A stretch of DNA of 63,622 nucleotides, the filler included, from Octopus bimaculoides (Eukaryota), in assembly GCF_001194135.2 (NCBI RefSeq). It is 5 parts of 5 records of this genome, joined end to end, with 100 filler letters (N's around TTAATTAATTAA, not from the genome) between each part and the next. Parts side by side here need not be neighbours in the genome. Positions count along the whole stretch, not along the records: positions 11,855 to 29,220 come from NC_069001.1; 4 more parts are not named here. One strand, given 5' to 3'. This document shows positions 11,855-25,200 of the stretch, one piece after another. The notes beneath the pieces were generated by a model. It had not been told where the DNA came from and did not search any database. It worked only from the letters and a program-made list of their open reading frames with translations. A program made the position numbers and the translations under genes. Position 1 is the stretch's first letter; every line of letters begins with the position of its first letter.

Positions 11855-14800
11855 GGGTCCAATCTGATCTGGCAGAGTTTGTACAGCTGGATGCCCTTCC
11901 TCATGCCAACCACTCTGAGAGTGTAGTGAGTGCTTTTATGTGCCACTGGCACGAGGGCCAGTCTGGTGGTATTCGCAATAGCCACGCTCAAATGGTGTTT
12001 TTTACATACCATCGCCACAGGAGCCAGTCCAGCAGCACTGGGAATGACCTTGCTCAAATGCTTTTTCACATGCCACTGGCACAAGTGCCAGTAAGGCGAC
12101 GCTGGAAACAATCACGTTTGAATGGTGCTTTTTACGTGCCACCGGCATGGAAGCCAGTCAGCTGCTCTGGCAGCGATCACACTCGGATGGTGCTCTTAGC
12201 ACTCCACTGGCACAGGTGCCAGTCATCGGATTTGCGAATTTGATTTGATTTCAATTTCACTTGTCTCAACAGGTCTTCGCAAGCAGAGTTTAGTGTCCAA
12301 TGAAGGAAAGGTACACATAAGTGGGCTGCTTACACCCCTGGCATAGGCCACGGGTTATGGTCTCACTTGGCTTGCTGGGGCTTCTCACGCACTGCATATT
12401 TCCAAAGGACTTGGTCACTAGTCATTGCCTTGCTGAGGCCTAATGTTCGAAGGTCATGCTTCACCACCTCATCCCAGGTCTTCCTGGGTCTACCTCTCCC
12501 ACAGGTTCCCTCAACCGCCAGTTTGTGGCACTTTTTCTTACAGCTATTCTCATCCATTCTTGCCACATGACCACACCAGTGCAGTCGTCTCTCTTGCACA
12601 CCACATCTGATGCTTCTTAGGTCCAACTTTTCTCTCAAAGTACTTACACTCTGTGGAGTATATACACTGACATTACACATCCATTGGAGCATACTAGCTT
12701 CATTCCTTGCGAGCTTACACATGTTATCAGCTGTCATGGCCCATGTTTCACTGCCATGTAGCATGGTTGTTCGTACAGATGCGTCATACAGTCTACCTTT
12801 TACTCTGAGCGAGAGGCCTTTTGTCACCAGCAGAGATAAGAGCTCTCNNNNNNNNNNCATACAGATGCGTCATACAGTCTACCTTTTACTCTGAGCGAGA
12901 GGCCTTTTGTCACCAGCAGAGATAAGAGCTCTCTGAACTTTGCCCAGGCTATTCTTATTCTAGCAGCTACACATTCAGCACACCCTCCCCCCGGTACTAA
13001 CTTAGTCACCTAGGTAACGGAAGCTATCAACTACTTCTAGTTTTACTCCCTAGTATATGGCGGAAGTTGTTCTCTGCACATTTTCAGTGTTTATTGCTCC
13101 TGAGCATCTGCCACATACAAAAACTATCTTCCCAGTTAGCCTTCCTTTGATATTGCCGCACCTCTTATGTGTCCATAGCTTACACTGGGTACATCTTATA
13201 GAATTTCTACCTACAGATTGAGCAGGGCCATCTACCTGAAGAGATTTGTGTTTTGTCTACCTTCCTACTTATTAGGACTTTGGTTTTAGCTAGGTTGACT
13301 CTAAAGCCCTTCGATTCTAGTCCTTGTTTCCACACCTGAAACTTCTCCTCTAGTTCTGATAGTGACTCAGCAATTAGTGCAAGGTCATCAGCATAGAAGN
13401 NNNNNNNNNNNNNNNNNNNNNNNNNNNNNNNNNNNNNNNNNNNNNNNNNNNNNNNNNNNNNNNNNNNNNNNNNNNNNNNNNNNNNNNNNNNNNNNNNNNN
13501 NNNNNNNNNNNNNNNNNNNNNNNNNNNNNNNNNNNGTTTATCTTTGGCTAGGTATTTCTCCTGCAGCTGTCTTACCAGAAATATAACATCAGTGGTGCTT
13601 TTCCCTGGCATAAACCCAAACTGAATCTCATCTAAACTGACTCTCTCCCTAACTAGTTGGGTTATGATCCTCTCCGTGACCTTCATTACCTGATCCAACA
13701 ACTTGATGCCTCTGTAATTATTTGTATCTAAAGTGTTACCTTTACCTTTGTAGCAGTTGACTATGGTGCTGCTACACTAGTCATTGGGCATGGCTCCTTC
13801 ATGTATCACCTGGTTAACAATACGGGTGACTAGGCTATAGCCGACACTGCCAGATATTTTGAGCGTCTCGGCAGTGATTCCTGATGGGTCAGGGGCTTTC
13901 CGTGTCTTTATATTCTTAATTGCTTTATCTACCATGGTACTGTCAACTTGAATAGCTGGCCCCTCTGTTGGGTTGACATTCAGCAGACTCTCTTTGTCCC
14001 ATTCATTTTCTTTATTGAGCAACCTTTCATAGTGGCGTCTCCAAACCTCTCTCATTGCAGCCTCGTTTAGTGCAAGTGAACCATCATCCATGCGGACACA
14101 TTCTTCTACGACATCACGATTTTGTCTCACACACTGTCTTGCAACACAAAATACCTCAAGTCTTTGGTCCTCACGGCATAGAACATTGACAAATTTTTCT
14201 TATCTGCTTCCCCTCTGACTAAATAAACCTGTCTCCAAGCTTCCCTTCAGGCAATCTGATACAATTCCCTGCTACCACCATTCTTCCAGTCCTTCCAAGC
14301 CTATTTCTTTTCTCTAATTACCCTGTCAACAACATTGTTCCACCACCACGTTATTTTGGTTCAAGAGGGGACTTTGCACTATCCTCAGATCTGGTCAGTA
14401 GAAACCGCCAGTTGTTTCTACATCATGTGAAGCTGTATCCCCTTGTATTTCATCAAAGGCTTCAAGTAATATGTCTCTAAATCTCTGTCCATTCGCAGGA
14501 TCTTTAAGCTTCCAGACCCTTCTCCTCCATGCTGGTCGTCTTCTGGGCATCCACTTAGCCCTGATCCTGAAGTCATTAACTACCAGTCTATGTTGTGGAG
14601 TACATTCTTTGCTTGGGAAGGTTTTGGCATTCATAAGCAGCCATCTTTCCTTTTTCTGGTGAGGATGTAGTCAATTTGGCTAGTGTGTCTGCCAGAACGG
14701 TAGGTGACTAGGTGTCTGACAGGTTTCCTGAAGTTATTATTGCAAGCCATAAGATCATTTGCATTGCAGAACTCCAGCAGCCTGATTTCCTCCTCATTGT

Positions 14801-15340
14801 GGGAACCAAAACCGTAGCCTCCATGTACGCCATGGAAGCCCCCCTGTATGTTGTCCAACATGTCACCAGCCACAAAGAGAAGGTTCCTGTCATTCATCAA
14901 CGAGGTAGTCTGCAATAGGGTGTCATAAAATCGGTCTTTCTGCCCATCGGGAAGCTCCGGCTGAGGGGTATAGGCCGAGATAATGGTTGCTAACCCATGA
15001 TGAAGCACTAATCTAATGTTAAGTATTCTGTCGCATACTCTGACTACCTCGATTACCTCATCTACCCATTTCTCCACAAGAAGTATACCCACGCACCCAA
15101 CCCTGTCAGTGTTCCCTGCCTAGAAAATCTTGTACCTGTGTTCTTTGCCCATGAGGAACCTAGTGTAACCTCCTCTCCACCTTACTTCTTGGAGGCAGCA
15201 CATGTCGACACATCTCCATTCAAGCATCTCAACAATCTCACCAGACCTATGTGCTGACGTTGAGAGTGGCAACCCCGAGGGTGTGGGAGGTATGGGCCCG
15301 TGAGACCCTGGGGCGGGGGGCAGCAGCATCATGTACCTTA
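11855..15340 (-). mobile_element. Degenerate RTE-clade (RTE-X-like) LINE: APE endonuclease, RT and 3' UTR
   Basis: Collinear broken frames: EIVEMLE..VDMCCLQEVRWRGG (EN, 15120-15332), 14631-15092 (EN), 13777-14130, RT with FYADDLALIAES (13207-13701), and RLHWCGHVARM...RGRPRKTW (12363-12860). The 3' tail carries GGTTGGCATGAGGAAGGGCATCCAG. Multiple stops and frameshifts. Confidence 0.9.
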
Positions 15341-15978
15341 AAAGAAAGCTTGCGTTTGGCAGAATTCATAACAAATAATAGCCTTCAATTGAACCTGCAT
15401 ACACTACACTCATATTTTTGCACTATATGATCACTACCTTACATAGGAGATAATCCCTAAGTAGGGGTGGGGATGACGTAAAGCCTTTAGAAGTGTTCAT
15501 GAGAGACAACCAAAGTATGATAAAAAATAGGAACTTCCAGTACAGGTGGAAGGGGTGCGAGGGCAGGGGTACTGCGAACTAGCAAATTTAGACAAGAGCA
15601 TCTTCTGGATATGAATTATTTCGGCGGCGGTATTAAAAAAAATCAAGTAGGGGAATCCAAGTGTGTGCGCTACTTTATATAGGTGGTGGTGGTGGTGGTN
15701 NNNNNNNNNNNNNNNNNNNNNNNNNNNNNNNNNNNNNNNNNNNNNNNNNNNNNNNNNNNNNNNNNNNNNNNNNNNNNNNNNNNNNNNNNNNNNNNNNNNN
15801 NNNNNNNNNNNNNNNNNNNNNNNNNNNNNNNNNNNNNNNNNNNNNNNNNNNNNNNNNNNNNNNNNNNNNNNNNNNNNNNNNNNNNNNNNNNNNNNNNNNN
15901 NNNNNNNNNNNNNNNNNNNNNNNNNNNNNNNNNNNNNNNNNNNNNNNNNNNNNNNNNNNNNNNNNNNNNNNNNNNNNT

Positions 15979-16210
15979 GACAGTAGCTAATCTATGATGA
16001 AGCACTAGTCTGATCTTAAGTACTCTGTCACTTACTCTAACGACCTCGATTACCTTATCCACCCATTTCTCCGCTAGAAGTATTCCTACGCCCCCGACCC
16101 CGTCAGTGTTCCCTGCCCAGAAAATCTTGTACCTGTGTTCTTTGCCTGTGAGGAACCTTGCAGAACCTCCTCTCCATCTTACTTCCTGGATGCAGCACAT
16201 ATCTACGCAT
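15979..16210 (-). mobile_element. Second fragment of the same RTE-X-like LINE (endonuclease N-terminus)
   Basis: MCCIQEVRWRGGSARFLTGKEHRYKIFWAGNTDGVGGVGILLAEKWVDKVIEVVRVSDRVLKIRLVLHH is closely similar to 14990-15215; it is truncated by a gap. Confidence 0.88.
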
Positions 16211-16339
16211 CTCGTGTAGCATAATTTAACGAGACAGCAAATGTTGATAATAGTAAAATAGAATTGAAAAATATGAGAGTTATCGGTCAGCCAATCAAGG
16301 ACAAAATTAGAGAAATAAGTGACATATATACCATTTCAG

Positions 16340-17080
16340 TTTCTGTCCACCAAATCTACTGAGAAGGTTTTGGTTAGCCTGGGGCTGTAGTAGAAGACAT
16401 TCACCCAAGGTGCTGACATGCAGTAGGACTGAACCTGAAACCATATGTATATATGTTTGGGAAGCAAACTGCTTACCACACAGCCATACCCATGCTTATG
16501 CCACACCTGTGCCTTTTCCAGGCTTATGTGTGTATATCTTTTACTTGTTTCAGCCATTAGACTGCAACCATGCTGGGGAACCACCTTCAAAATTTTTTAC
16601 CTGAATATATTGACCCTGGTACTTATCTCTTTAAAGCCTGGTACTTATTCTATCAGTCCCTTTGGCCAAGCTGCGAAGTTTACAGAGATGTAAACACATT
16701 AAGGATGTAAACACAGTTGTCAAGCAATGTGTGCTTGTGGTGGGGGATCATAAACACAAAGATAAACACACACTTATATATATGTGTGTTTTCTGTGATA
16801 ATTTGAGAAGCAATGATGAGTAAATTATAATAATATTTTTTATAAGCTTAAAGTTCCAATATTAGACAATTTTTTTAGTCAATGCACAGTGATTGCTTAT
16901 AAAATATTATTATTATTTACTTTATATGATGGGCTTCTTTCAGTTTCCATCTACCAAATCCACTCAAGGGTTTTGTCAGCCCAAAGCAATAGTAGAAGAC
17001 ACTTGCCGAAGGTGCCATACAGTGGGACTGAACCATGAAACACGTGGTTAGGAAGCAAGCTTCTTACCACACAACCACGC
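16340..17080 (-). mobile_element. Cluster of SINE family A pieces (heads at about 16340-16500 and 16930-17080; tail at about 16520-16760)
   Basis: Reverse-complement matches to the family A head and tail (e.g. GTAGAAGACACTTGCCGAAGGTGCCATACAGTGGGACTGAACC). Confidence 0.75.
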
Positions 17081-17147
17081 TTCTATTTATATGTGTGTGT
17101 GTGTGTGTGTGTNNNNNNNNNNTATATATATATATATATATATATCC

Positions 17148-17240
17148 CCAACTGCCTTACCTGTCTATCTCTCTCCTCGCCCCCTCTATATATATATGAT
17201 AGAGGGGGCGAAGAGAGAGATAGACAGGTAAGGCAGTTGG
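17148..17240. repeat. Near-perfect hairpin (42-bp arms, 1 mismatch, 9-nt loop)
   Basis: CCAACTGCCTTACCTGTCTATCTCTCTCCTCGCCCCCTCTAT / ATAGAGGGGGCGAAGAGAGAGATAGACAGGTAAGGCAGTTGG; (TA)n on the left. Confidence 0.9.
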
Positions 17241-17574
17241 ATAAATATACACACACACACTCCACATAGAAATGGTAATCATGCCTTACAATGATAATTC
17301 CTACACCACCCACCACCACATCCTTACTTTAGTCAGCTGTGGTAAACACAGCATTAGTCATGATTTCTCTTCTTTGCTAAAGCTGCAACCACAACTGTAT
17401 GGTTAAGTAGCTAGCTTGGCAGCTACATAGCTTGTGTTTTGTCCCACTGTCCAGCGCATAGGCAAAGTGTCTTCCACTATACTTCCAGGCTGGCACACCC
17501 TTTGGGAGTGAATCTAGTAGAAGGATATGATATAGAAACCTGTTTTATGTATGCATGTGTATATAGGTGCAGAC

Positions 17575-17712
17575 ATAGCTGTGTGGTAAGAAGCTTGCTT
17601 CCCAACTACATGGTTCCAGGATCAGTCCCATTGCATAGCACATTGGGCAAGTGTCTTCTACTATAGCCTAGTAAGTGGATTTGGTAGATGGAAACTAAAA
17701 GAGTCCCATTGT
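17575..17712 (+). mobile_element. SINE family A, 5' half
   Basis: TAGCTGTGTGGTAAGAAGCTTGCTTCCCAACTACATGGTTCCAGGATCAGTCCC...TTGGGCAAGTGTCTTCTACTATAGCC. Confidence 0.8.
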
Positions 17713-17723
17713 ATGTATATGTA

Positions 17724-17780
<57 letters not shown>

Positions 17781-18667
17781 GTAAATAATATGACAATTAT
17801 TCGGTAGTCATGATAAAACTCAAGGTAAGTGAGTAAAAATGTCCATACTATTCGCGGAAGCACACCTGTCCATTCATACACATGCATGCCCACACACCCA
17901 CGTACATGCGCCTATATGTATATACTCATCTATCCTCACTTGAAACACACACATGCTCACCCACACATTCGCCAAAAAAAAAATATATATACCCGCATTC
18001 ATGCTCACACATGCGCACACAACACACATACACATGTGCGCAAAAAAGGTTCATATACACGTCTATATATGCACATGCACAAGAAAAAACAGGGCTAAAG
18101 ACAAAATACAGAAAAAAGTGTTAAAAAAGCCCTACAGGCGTGTTTTACCCTTATGGCTTTTCTACACTTTTTTACACTTTTCTGTATTTTGTCTTTAGCC
18201 ATTTTTTTCTTGTGCTTGTGCGTATATAGACATGTGTATGTGCGCGAGCGTGTTGCCTGCGCGCACACGTGTGAGCGTGAATGCAGGTATATATATATAT
18301 ATTTTCTTTGGCGAATGTGTGGGTGAGCATGTGTGTGTTTCAAGTAGGCACATGTACATGGGTTTGCGGGCGCATGTACATGGGTGTGTGGGCGCACATG
18401 TGTATGAATGGACTGATGCGCTTACGCGAATACTATGGACATTTTTACTCCCTTACCTTTACTCCCTCCCCTCACTTAGCGGTCATTCTAATAGCTCTTT
18501 TGTCTTAATAATGGTCAATCACAGTAATTTCCCTTTGTTTAACGGTCATTTTCATAGCATTTTTCGATGGCCCAATAACCGAAGAGATGCCGGCGTGGGT
18601 TTCCGCCCCGACATCCAAAACTCAGAGTTTTATCATGGCTACCGAATAATTATCATATATTATTTAC
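17781..18667. mobile_element. About 890-bp foldback/MITE-like long inverted repeat
   Basis: 17781-18135 is the diverged reverse complement of 18160-18460 plus 18625-18667 (e.g. GTAAAAATGTCCATACTATTCGCG vs CGCGAATACTATGGACATTTTTAC). An unpaired insert of about 165 bp lies at 18461-18624. Confidence 0.8.
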
Positions 18668-18734
18668 ATATAAATTCCTCTATTTACATAATATCAAGAT
18701 CTCTTTCTTTCTTTTGTTGTCTTACCTTTTCTAT

Positions 18735-18800
<66 letters not shown>

Positions 18801-19039
18801 TTGATTTGTTTGACTAAGATTTCAAGGCAGTACCCCAGCATGTCAGCTGGCATGAAATAAGTAAAAGATAAACTATGTGTATGTATACATGTACATATAT
18901 GTCTCTTGTGTACATATGCTTGTTTTGGTTATGAGAAGTCTTTTAGTTGAGCAAATTGACTTCAGTGATTATTTTTTAGTCTGGTACTTATTCTGTCTGT
19001 CTTTTTTGCGAAACTGCTAAGTTACAGTGACATAAGGTG

Positions 19040-22000
19040 GGCTACGACAAACTGGAGTTCCGGAGCATAGAATCTTATCTGCCAACTCCGGCAGCTCTTT
19101 GCAGAAGACAGAGGTCAATCATCTCGTGACTCCTCTTGCCATTGAACCCCACTCGCCTTCTGTCAAGTGTGTGCAGTTGAGAACTGTGCATCCTCTCCGG
19201 CACCTTAAACTTTTCACAGCACAATCTGTGCCTTTTATCCTTCATTCTCTTTCATCCTCTCTACAAGTCCTGCACGTAGGCAGCATAAGTAAGATGGTCG
19301 TTGTTGGATGGACCCGTGGACGAACATCTACCTTGGTCCTGCTTGTGCATCCAGGCAACCCTTTTCAGGGATAGCGCTGCCTGCCCCACATGGGGAAGGG
19401 CCGAGAAAATGTGGCTCAGAAAAAGCTCGTCCTCACTTGCTCAACTGGGTAACCACTTCCAGTGAGTCATCCCCAAACATGCGGTCGAAACCAAGCATCA
19501 AAATTGAAAAAGAAAAAGAAACCCTCGAACCTCATCCTTGTTTGTTGGAATGTTCGCACTCTCCTTGATGATGTTTCATATGATGAGCCAGACACTTGAC
19601 GACTCCCGCGATGCACTGCTATTGTAGCCACCGAACTCAAGCGCTACAGCGTCGACATTGCTGCACTCAGTGAGACTTGTTTCTCCAATGAGGATTACCT
19701 CACTGAAGAAGCTGGTGGATACACCTTTTTCTGGAAAGGACATCCCTCTGGGATGCCCCATTTGCATGGGGTTGGTTTCACAATCAAGAACAGCCTTTTT
19801 GCAGAAAATTCCTGGTGTACACTGCTGTATCAGCGAGCACCTGATGATAATCAAAATCCCACTTTTGAACAAACATTTTCTGACAATTCTCAGCATTTAT
19901 GAACCAACTCTCGACTGATGAAGAGATAAAAGACACCTATGATTCTCTGCATACTGCATTTTGGAACATCTCCCAATCGGACAAGATCGTACTCATGGGT
20001 GACTTCAAATCCTGTGTTGGATGTGACAGTGCCGCCTGGCAAGGGATCCTCAGTCCTCATGGCGCAAGGAAAATGAACGCTAATGGACAGAGACTACTAA
20101 CCTTCTGCTCTGAGTATGACCTGTGCTTCTCTAACACACTCTTTCAACAGTGGTACATTTACAAGATGTCATGGATGCACCCAAGTTCCAAAAAGTGGGA
20201 TCTCCTAGACTACATGATTGTCTGTCGCCAAGACATGGGCAATGTCCTCCATACTTACGCCATGCATGGAGTAGATTGCTGGATGGACCGCAACCTTATC
20301 CGCTCCAATCTTAGAATCAACATTCAACCCCCTAGCCGAAAGTCGACAGCGTCAAAACAACTGAACACCACAAAACTGTATGATCCTGAGAATCGTGGCC
20401 TCTTTCAAGATCAGCTTGCCATCAAATTGGATACTGTCCCACTCCCAAATCCTACCTCGGTAAACCAAGAGGAGCTAGATGATATATGGGACAAACATAT
20501 CTGCCTGATCTCTTCGATTGCAACTGAACAACCAGGACACATTAGACATCGCAATCCTGACTGATTTGATGAATCTGCTGATGAGATCCCCTCTCTTCTC
20601 AGAAGTAAAAACCGGGCTCATGATGCCTATCTCTTGAGCAGGTCCAACGCACACCTCCAGAATTGGAAAGATCTTCGCTCAGAATGCCAGAGCAGACTTA
20701 GTGGAAGAACAAAGCTGCAGAAATTCAATGTTTTGCGGATGAAAATAAGATCCACAATTTCTACACTACAACCAAATCCATGTACGGTCCATCCTCCAAT
20801 CATATCAATCCGATACGATCTTCAGACAGCAACACTCTCTACAAGGAAAAGACCCAGATCCATGACAGATGGGCAAAACACTTCAACTCCTTGTTGAACA
20901 AGATAAATCCTACAGACACCACACTGATTGATGAGCTCCCTCATTTCCCTCCTCTCCCTGAGCTGGATATGGAACCCTCCTTCGTGGAAATCCGTACAGC
21001 TCTCTCCTACTTAAAAAATAGGAAATCACCTGGACGAGACTGTGTGTCGGGGGAGATCTATAAGTATAGTGGTCCTGCTCTTGTCCAGTGTCTTCATCAG
21101 ATTATTCTCTACTGTTGGAAATGTGTCTTGATCCCTCAAAGCTGGAAACACACAGACATAATCACCATCTTCAAGAAGAAGGGAGATCGCTCAGACTGCA
21201 ACAACAGCAGAGGTATTTCACTCCTGGATGTTGCAGGAAAAGTCTTGGCACACGTCCTACTCTCTTGACTTCTTGGCCACTTCATTGAAGGAATCCTCCC
21301 GGAGTCTCAATGTGGTTTTAGAGCTAACCGTAGCAGTATCGACATGGTCTTCATCTCCCACCTCCTGTTAGAGAAGTGCCGAGAACAACAGCGTGATGCC
21401 TCGTTTACCTTTATTGACCTAACTAAGGCTTTTGATATTATTAGTCGCCCACTACTATGGAATGTCCTGCAGTGGTATGGATGCCCTCCTAAGCTTCTTG
21501 CCATGCTACGCCAGTTCCATGCAAGCATGTGTGACATTGGGTGGTGATCAGTCTGACTACTTCAACGTTCAAGTTGGTGTTAAACAAAGCTGTGTCCTGG
21601 CCTCTGTCCTTTTTAATGTGTTCCTTGTGGCTGTGACCTTACTATCTCGCTACAACCTCAACCCCGAAGATGGCATCCCAATTCAATATTACCATGATAG
21701 CTGTCTCTTCAACTTGAGGAAACTAAAATCACTGACAAAGACTGAGTCCACCACTCTCTTTGAATTACAGTATGCCGATGACTGCAAAGCTCTCGCCCAC
21801 GAACCAGCCAGCCTTCAGCAGAACCTAGACGTTGTGTGCAATGCCTATCATCAGGCTAGATTTTAGGTCAACACCAAGAAAACAGAGTTAGCAGAGGGTA
21901 ACCGACCACATGGAGGTCTAAATAAGCGATGTAAAGATCTTCTCAAGAAATCCCTGAAGCTCTGCAACATCCCCCCTGGTGAACTTGAAACACTGGCCAC

Positions 22001-22295
22001 AGATCATACCACCTGGAGGGGTATGGTCAAAACTGGTATGCAGCATTTTGAGGATGAGTGGACTAGACTTCATGAAGAAAAGTGGAGACAGCTCAAGGAA
22101 CGTCAGCAAAATCCTAGACAAGCTCATCTTCGTTGGAGTCCTCTTCGCTGCTCTCAGTGTAATCAGACATGTGCCTCCAGAATGGGCCTTTTCAGCTATG
22201 AGAGGGCCTGCCAATGCCATCAAGACAACCCTTAAGGATCAAAGATGACGTTGTCATCTGTCAAAATGGACTGCTTTAAGCAAGTAAGCTTAAGC
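19040..22295 (+). mobile_element. Near full-length degenerate RTE/BovB-like LINE with an internal deletion
   Basis: ORF remnants from about 19480 (MCGRNQ..CWNVRTLLD; DIAALSET; GYTFFWKG), EN DY(M)IV, RT motifs CNNSRGISLLDVAGK, QCGFRANRSSID, FIDLTKAFD and LQYADD, and a C-terminal CSQCNQTC zinc-finger-like motif. The thumb region appears deleted near 21890. A GC-richer 5' UTR spans 19040-19480. Confidence 0.9.
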
Positions 22296-25200
22296 ATATA
22301 TTGTTATCACCTATTCTTTCCTACCTTCATTTTGACTCATATGATTGACTATCCCTCAGTTCTTGTTCTTCATTATATTCACCGTGTTACCCCTTCCCAT
22401 TTTTAAGCACCCAGTCTGTAGTTGGCTTTAAGAAAGGCATCCAGCCATAGAAGCCATGCAAGATATTGGGTTGTAATGTAGTCTTTGGACCTGTGAAATC
22501 TTATCAAGCTTTCCAATCCATGTCACTATGGAAGTTAGTAAAAGATGATACACATTTGATAAAAATGATTATTGTGTGTATGTGTATATGCATATATGTG
22601 TGTATGCTTGTATGCATGATTATACCTGTGTACTTTACAATTTATTTAGCAGTGACAGTGCTTATGTTCCACATGAGCCAAAAGATTGACATTTCAACTT
22701 GTCATGTGAAGTCAAAGTATAAAGCACCTACCTTGAAAAATTAGAATCAGTATTAGAAAAGGTATTTGAGCATGAAATAATGCCTCACCATGTCTCATCT
22801 AACCTATGCTGGCATGGAAAAAGCCGACATAAAAGTAAAATGATATTTGCACATCTTCATTATCACCACCATCATCATTCACATCATTTTGTTTCAGAGT
22901 TTTTTACTCTCAATCTTCTATCATGTTCTCTATGAGGACCATTATTCCTACTTGTGTTCTCAGTGCTTTTGCTGATATTCTCTCTTAGTATTTTTTATAT
23001 GGCCATGTCATCTCTTCTTCATACATTATCCTTTAATGGTCAGCAGCTTTCTCAGCTCATTTGTGTTCTACCTTTCTTACAAGTTAGTGTTACACATCGA
23101 GTGGGCTTTACTCAACTCATTGATCTCCAACACCCACACCACTCTCCTTCCGCATTCAATACTTAAAGTATAACCATCTTCAGCACTAATTGTTTAGCTC
23201 CAGGTTATCTCCAATCCATTTAGTTTATGCTTAAAGGCTTTTCCATCTGTGACCAAGTCTTTTAATAAGCCTGTATTTCTAGGAATATATCCAGTGTTAT
23301 CCTTCATTATTTTAAGAGGTAGGGTATGATGTAAAAGAGATTTGGTTAATATTTCTAGCAGAAGTTTGTTTGTTGACTCACCAGAAATCACCTTGATAGC
23401 AGAAGTATCAAGAGCATTTTATAAGCTGTATAAGAAGTTTATGGAACGTAGTACCACTACTAATGTTTGTACATCTAAGGCAACTGAAGTCCTACTAGAG
23501 ATGTCTATCATTATGCCTTTCTGAGGAAAGGTAGTAGTGGTATTATCTACCTACTTTCTGCATACTGGATAAGACTACTTCATTGATTGCACTGACTTAT
23601 TCATTAGCATTGTTTAGTGCTCAAGTTATTGATAAGCTAGGTTTGGAAATTTTATGCTGTTTGGCAGATTATACTACGAGATCAACATTTAAAAGTTCTG
23701 AACTGTATCAAGATTCCTGGTAAATATTCACTCACTGAAAAATCTTAACTTTTCTTGGAACACCTTCATACATAGTTTGCAGAGCTACCACAAATCAGGT
23801 ATCTGCACTTGATTTGCAAGATTATAGCATATGGAACCCTCTTATAATGCCTTTTTACTCTATTGACGAAAGCAAATTAGCGTGGCTTGCTCTTTGCTCA
23901 GCATTTCTCCTGTAGTTATTTCATTAATAATATAGTATCTGTAGTTCCATAGCATAGCATAAATCTAAACTGCATTTTACTGAAGCTTGCCCTATCTTTT
24001 ACTACCTTTACTAAAATAAAGATTATCCCTACTTTAATTTTATCTCTTTTGCTATTGCACCACTTCACAATACTGTTACTATACGAATAGGTGAGGATAG
24101 CACCTTCCTACACCATATTGCAAACTTAGAATTACATGTTCTCTCTGTGAAAAATAATTTTAGAGAAAGACTGATTATATTTTTCCATATAGAATTAATT
24201 CATGAACACAGTCTGGTGATGTCCGGTCCACTTAGTCTCTCTGTCTTTTCTACTGCTACTAGTGTTTGTTCTTCATAACTGGCTAGGCTCATACCACCTC
24301 TTTTTATCTCTCATCAACAATATTGTATCTGACCCCAACTGCCAACCACTGCATCTTGGTTTTGGGCTTTATAAAGAAGAAAGTTACACTTGAGGTTGCA
24401 TGAAGATCTGAGTTTGTCTTAGGAACACCTTCCACAAACTGTAGACAAGTCTGGGCTTCTAGAAAGATTCAAGGCCTAGGTTTACCAGCATGGGATCCTC
24501 CTCTTCTAGCTTTTGCTAATTTATGACGTCCCCATGTCTTCAGGGGGTAGGGCGGGATGGGAGATCTCTTGAGCTCAAGGTCAGAAACCATCTTCACAGA
24601 TAGTTTGGTTTGCCATGCAGCTTAAGTAGTATTGAGCTGTATGGAGTGGTAAGAAGTTCAGGTTTCCATTTAGTTCTTTCGAGGTGGAATTGATGGTGAT
24701 ATGGGCACAAAAACACTTGTAGTACACCAGTTCAATGGAAACCAAAGTGTCTAGTGCAAGTATTGCCATAAAGACAGGAAAAAAGAAGTGGAAGGCTGCA
24801 AGGTAATCCAGCAGGCTGGAGTAAGGCTGAAACTCAGCTATTCTTAGGAATGTGGTTTAGGGCAGGGCTGTACCTGGGAGCCCCATAATGACTTACCACA
24901 GGTAGGAAGCAGAGACAGAAACATGGTGTGAGTTTGACTGGATAAAGAGCAAGCAAGCAAAGCAATGGCAATGTAAATGTATAGTGTCTGGATGAAGTGG
25001 AACTAGATGATGAAGCAGAATAGCAGGATATATGAATAAAGTTCTTGAGTCAAGCAATTTACAAAACCTTCACCAGCCCATCCAATCTAATTGCATAGGG
25101 CATTTTTAAAACACCTCTATGACCCCTGTGTTTAAAAACAAAGGACCTTTGAGCACATCTTGAACAGTTGTTACAAAGCACTATCTGTAGACATGATCAG

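Noticed and set aside
12770-12930. Apparent tandem duplications across 10-N gaps (also 44160-44270)
   Set aside because: The same sequence on both sides of a fixed-size gap indicates unmerged contig overlap.
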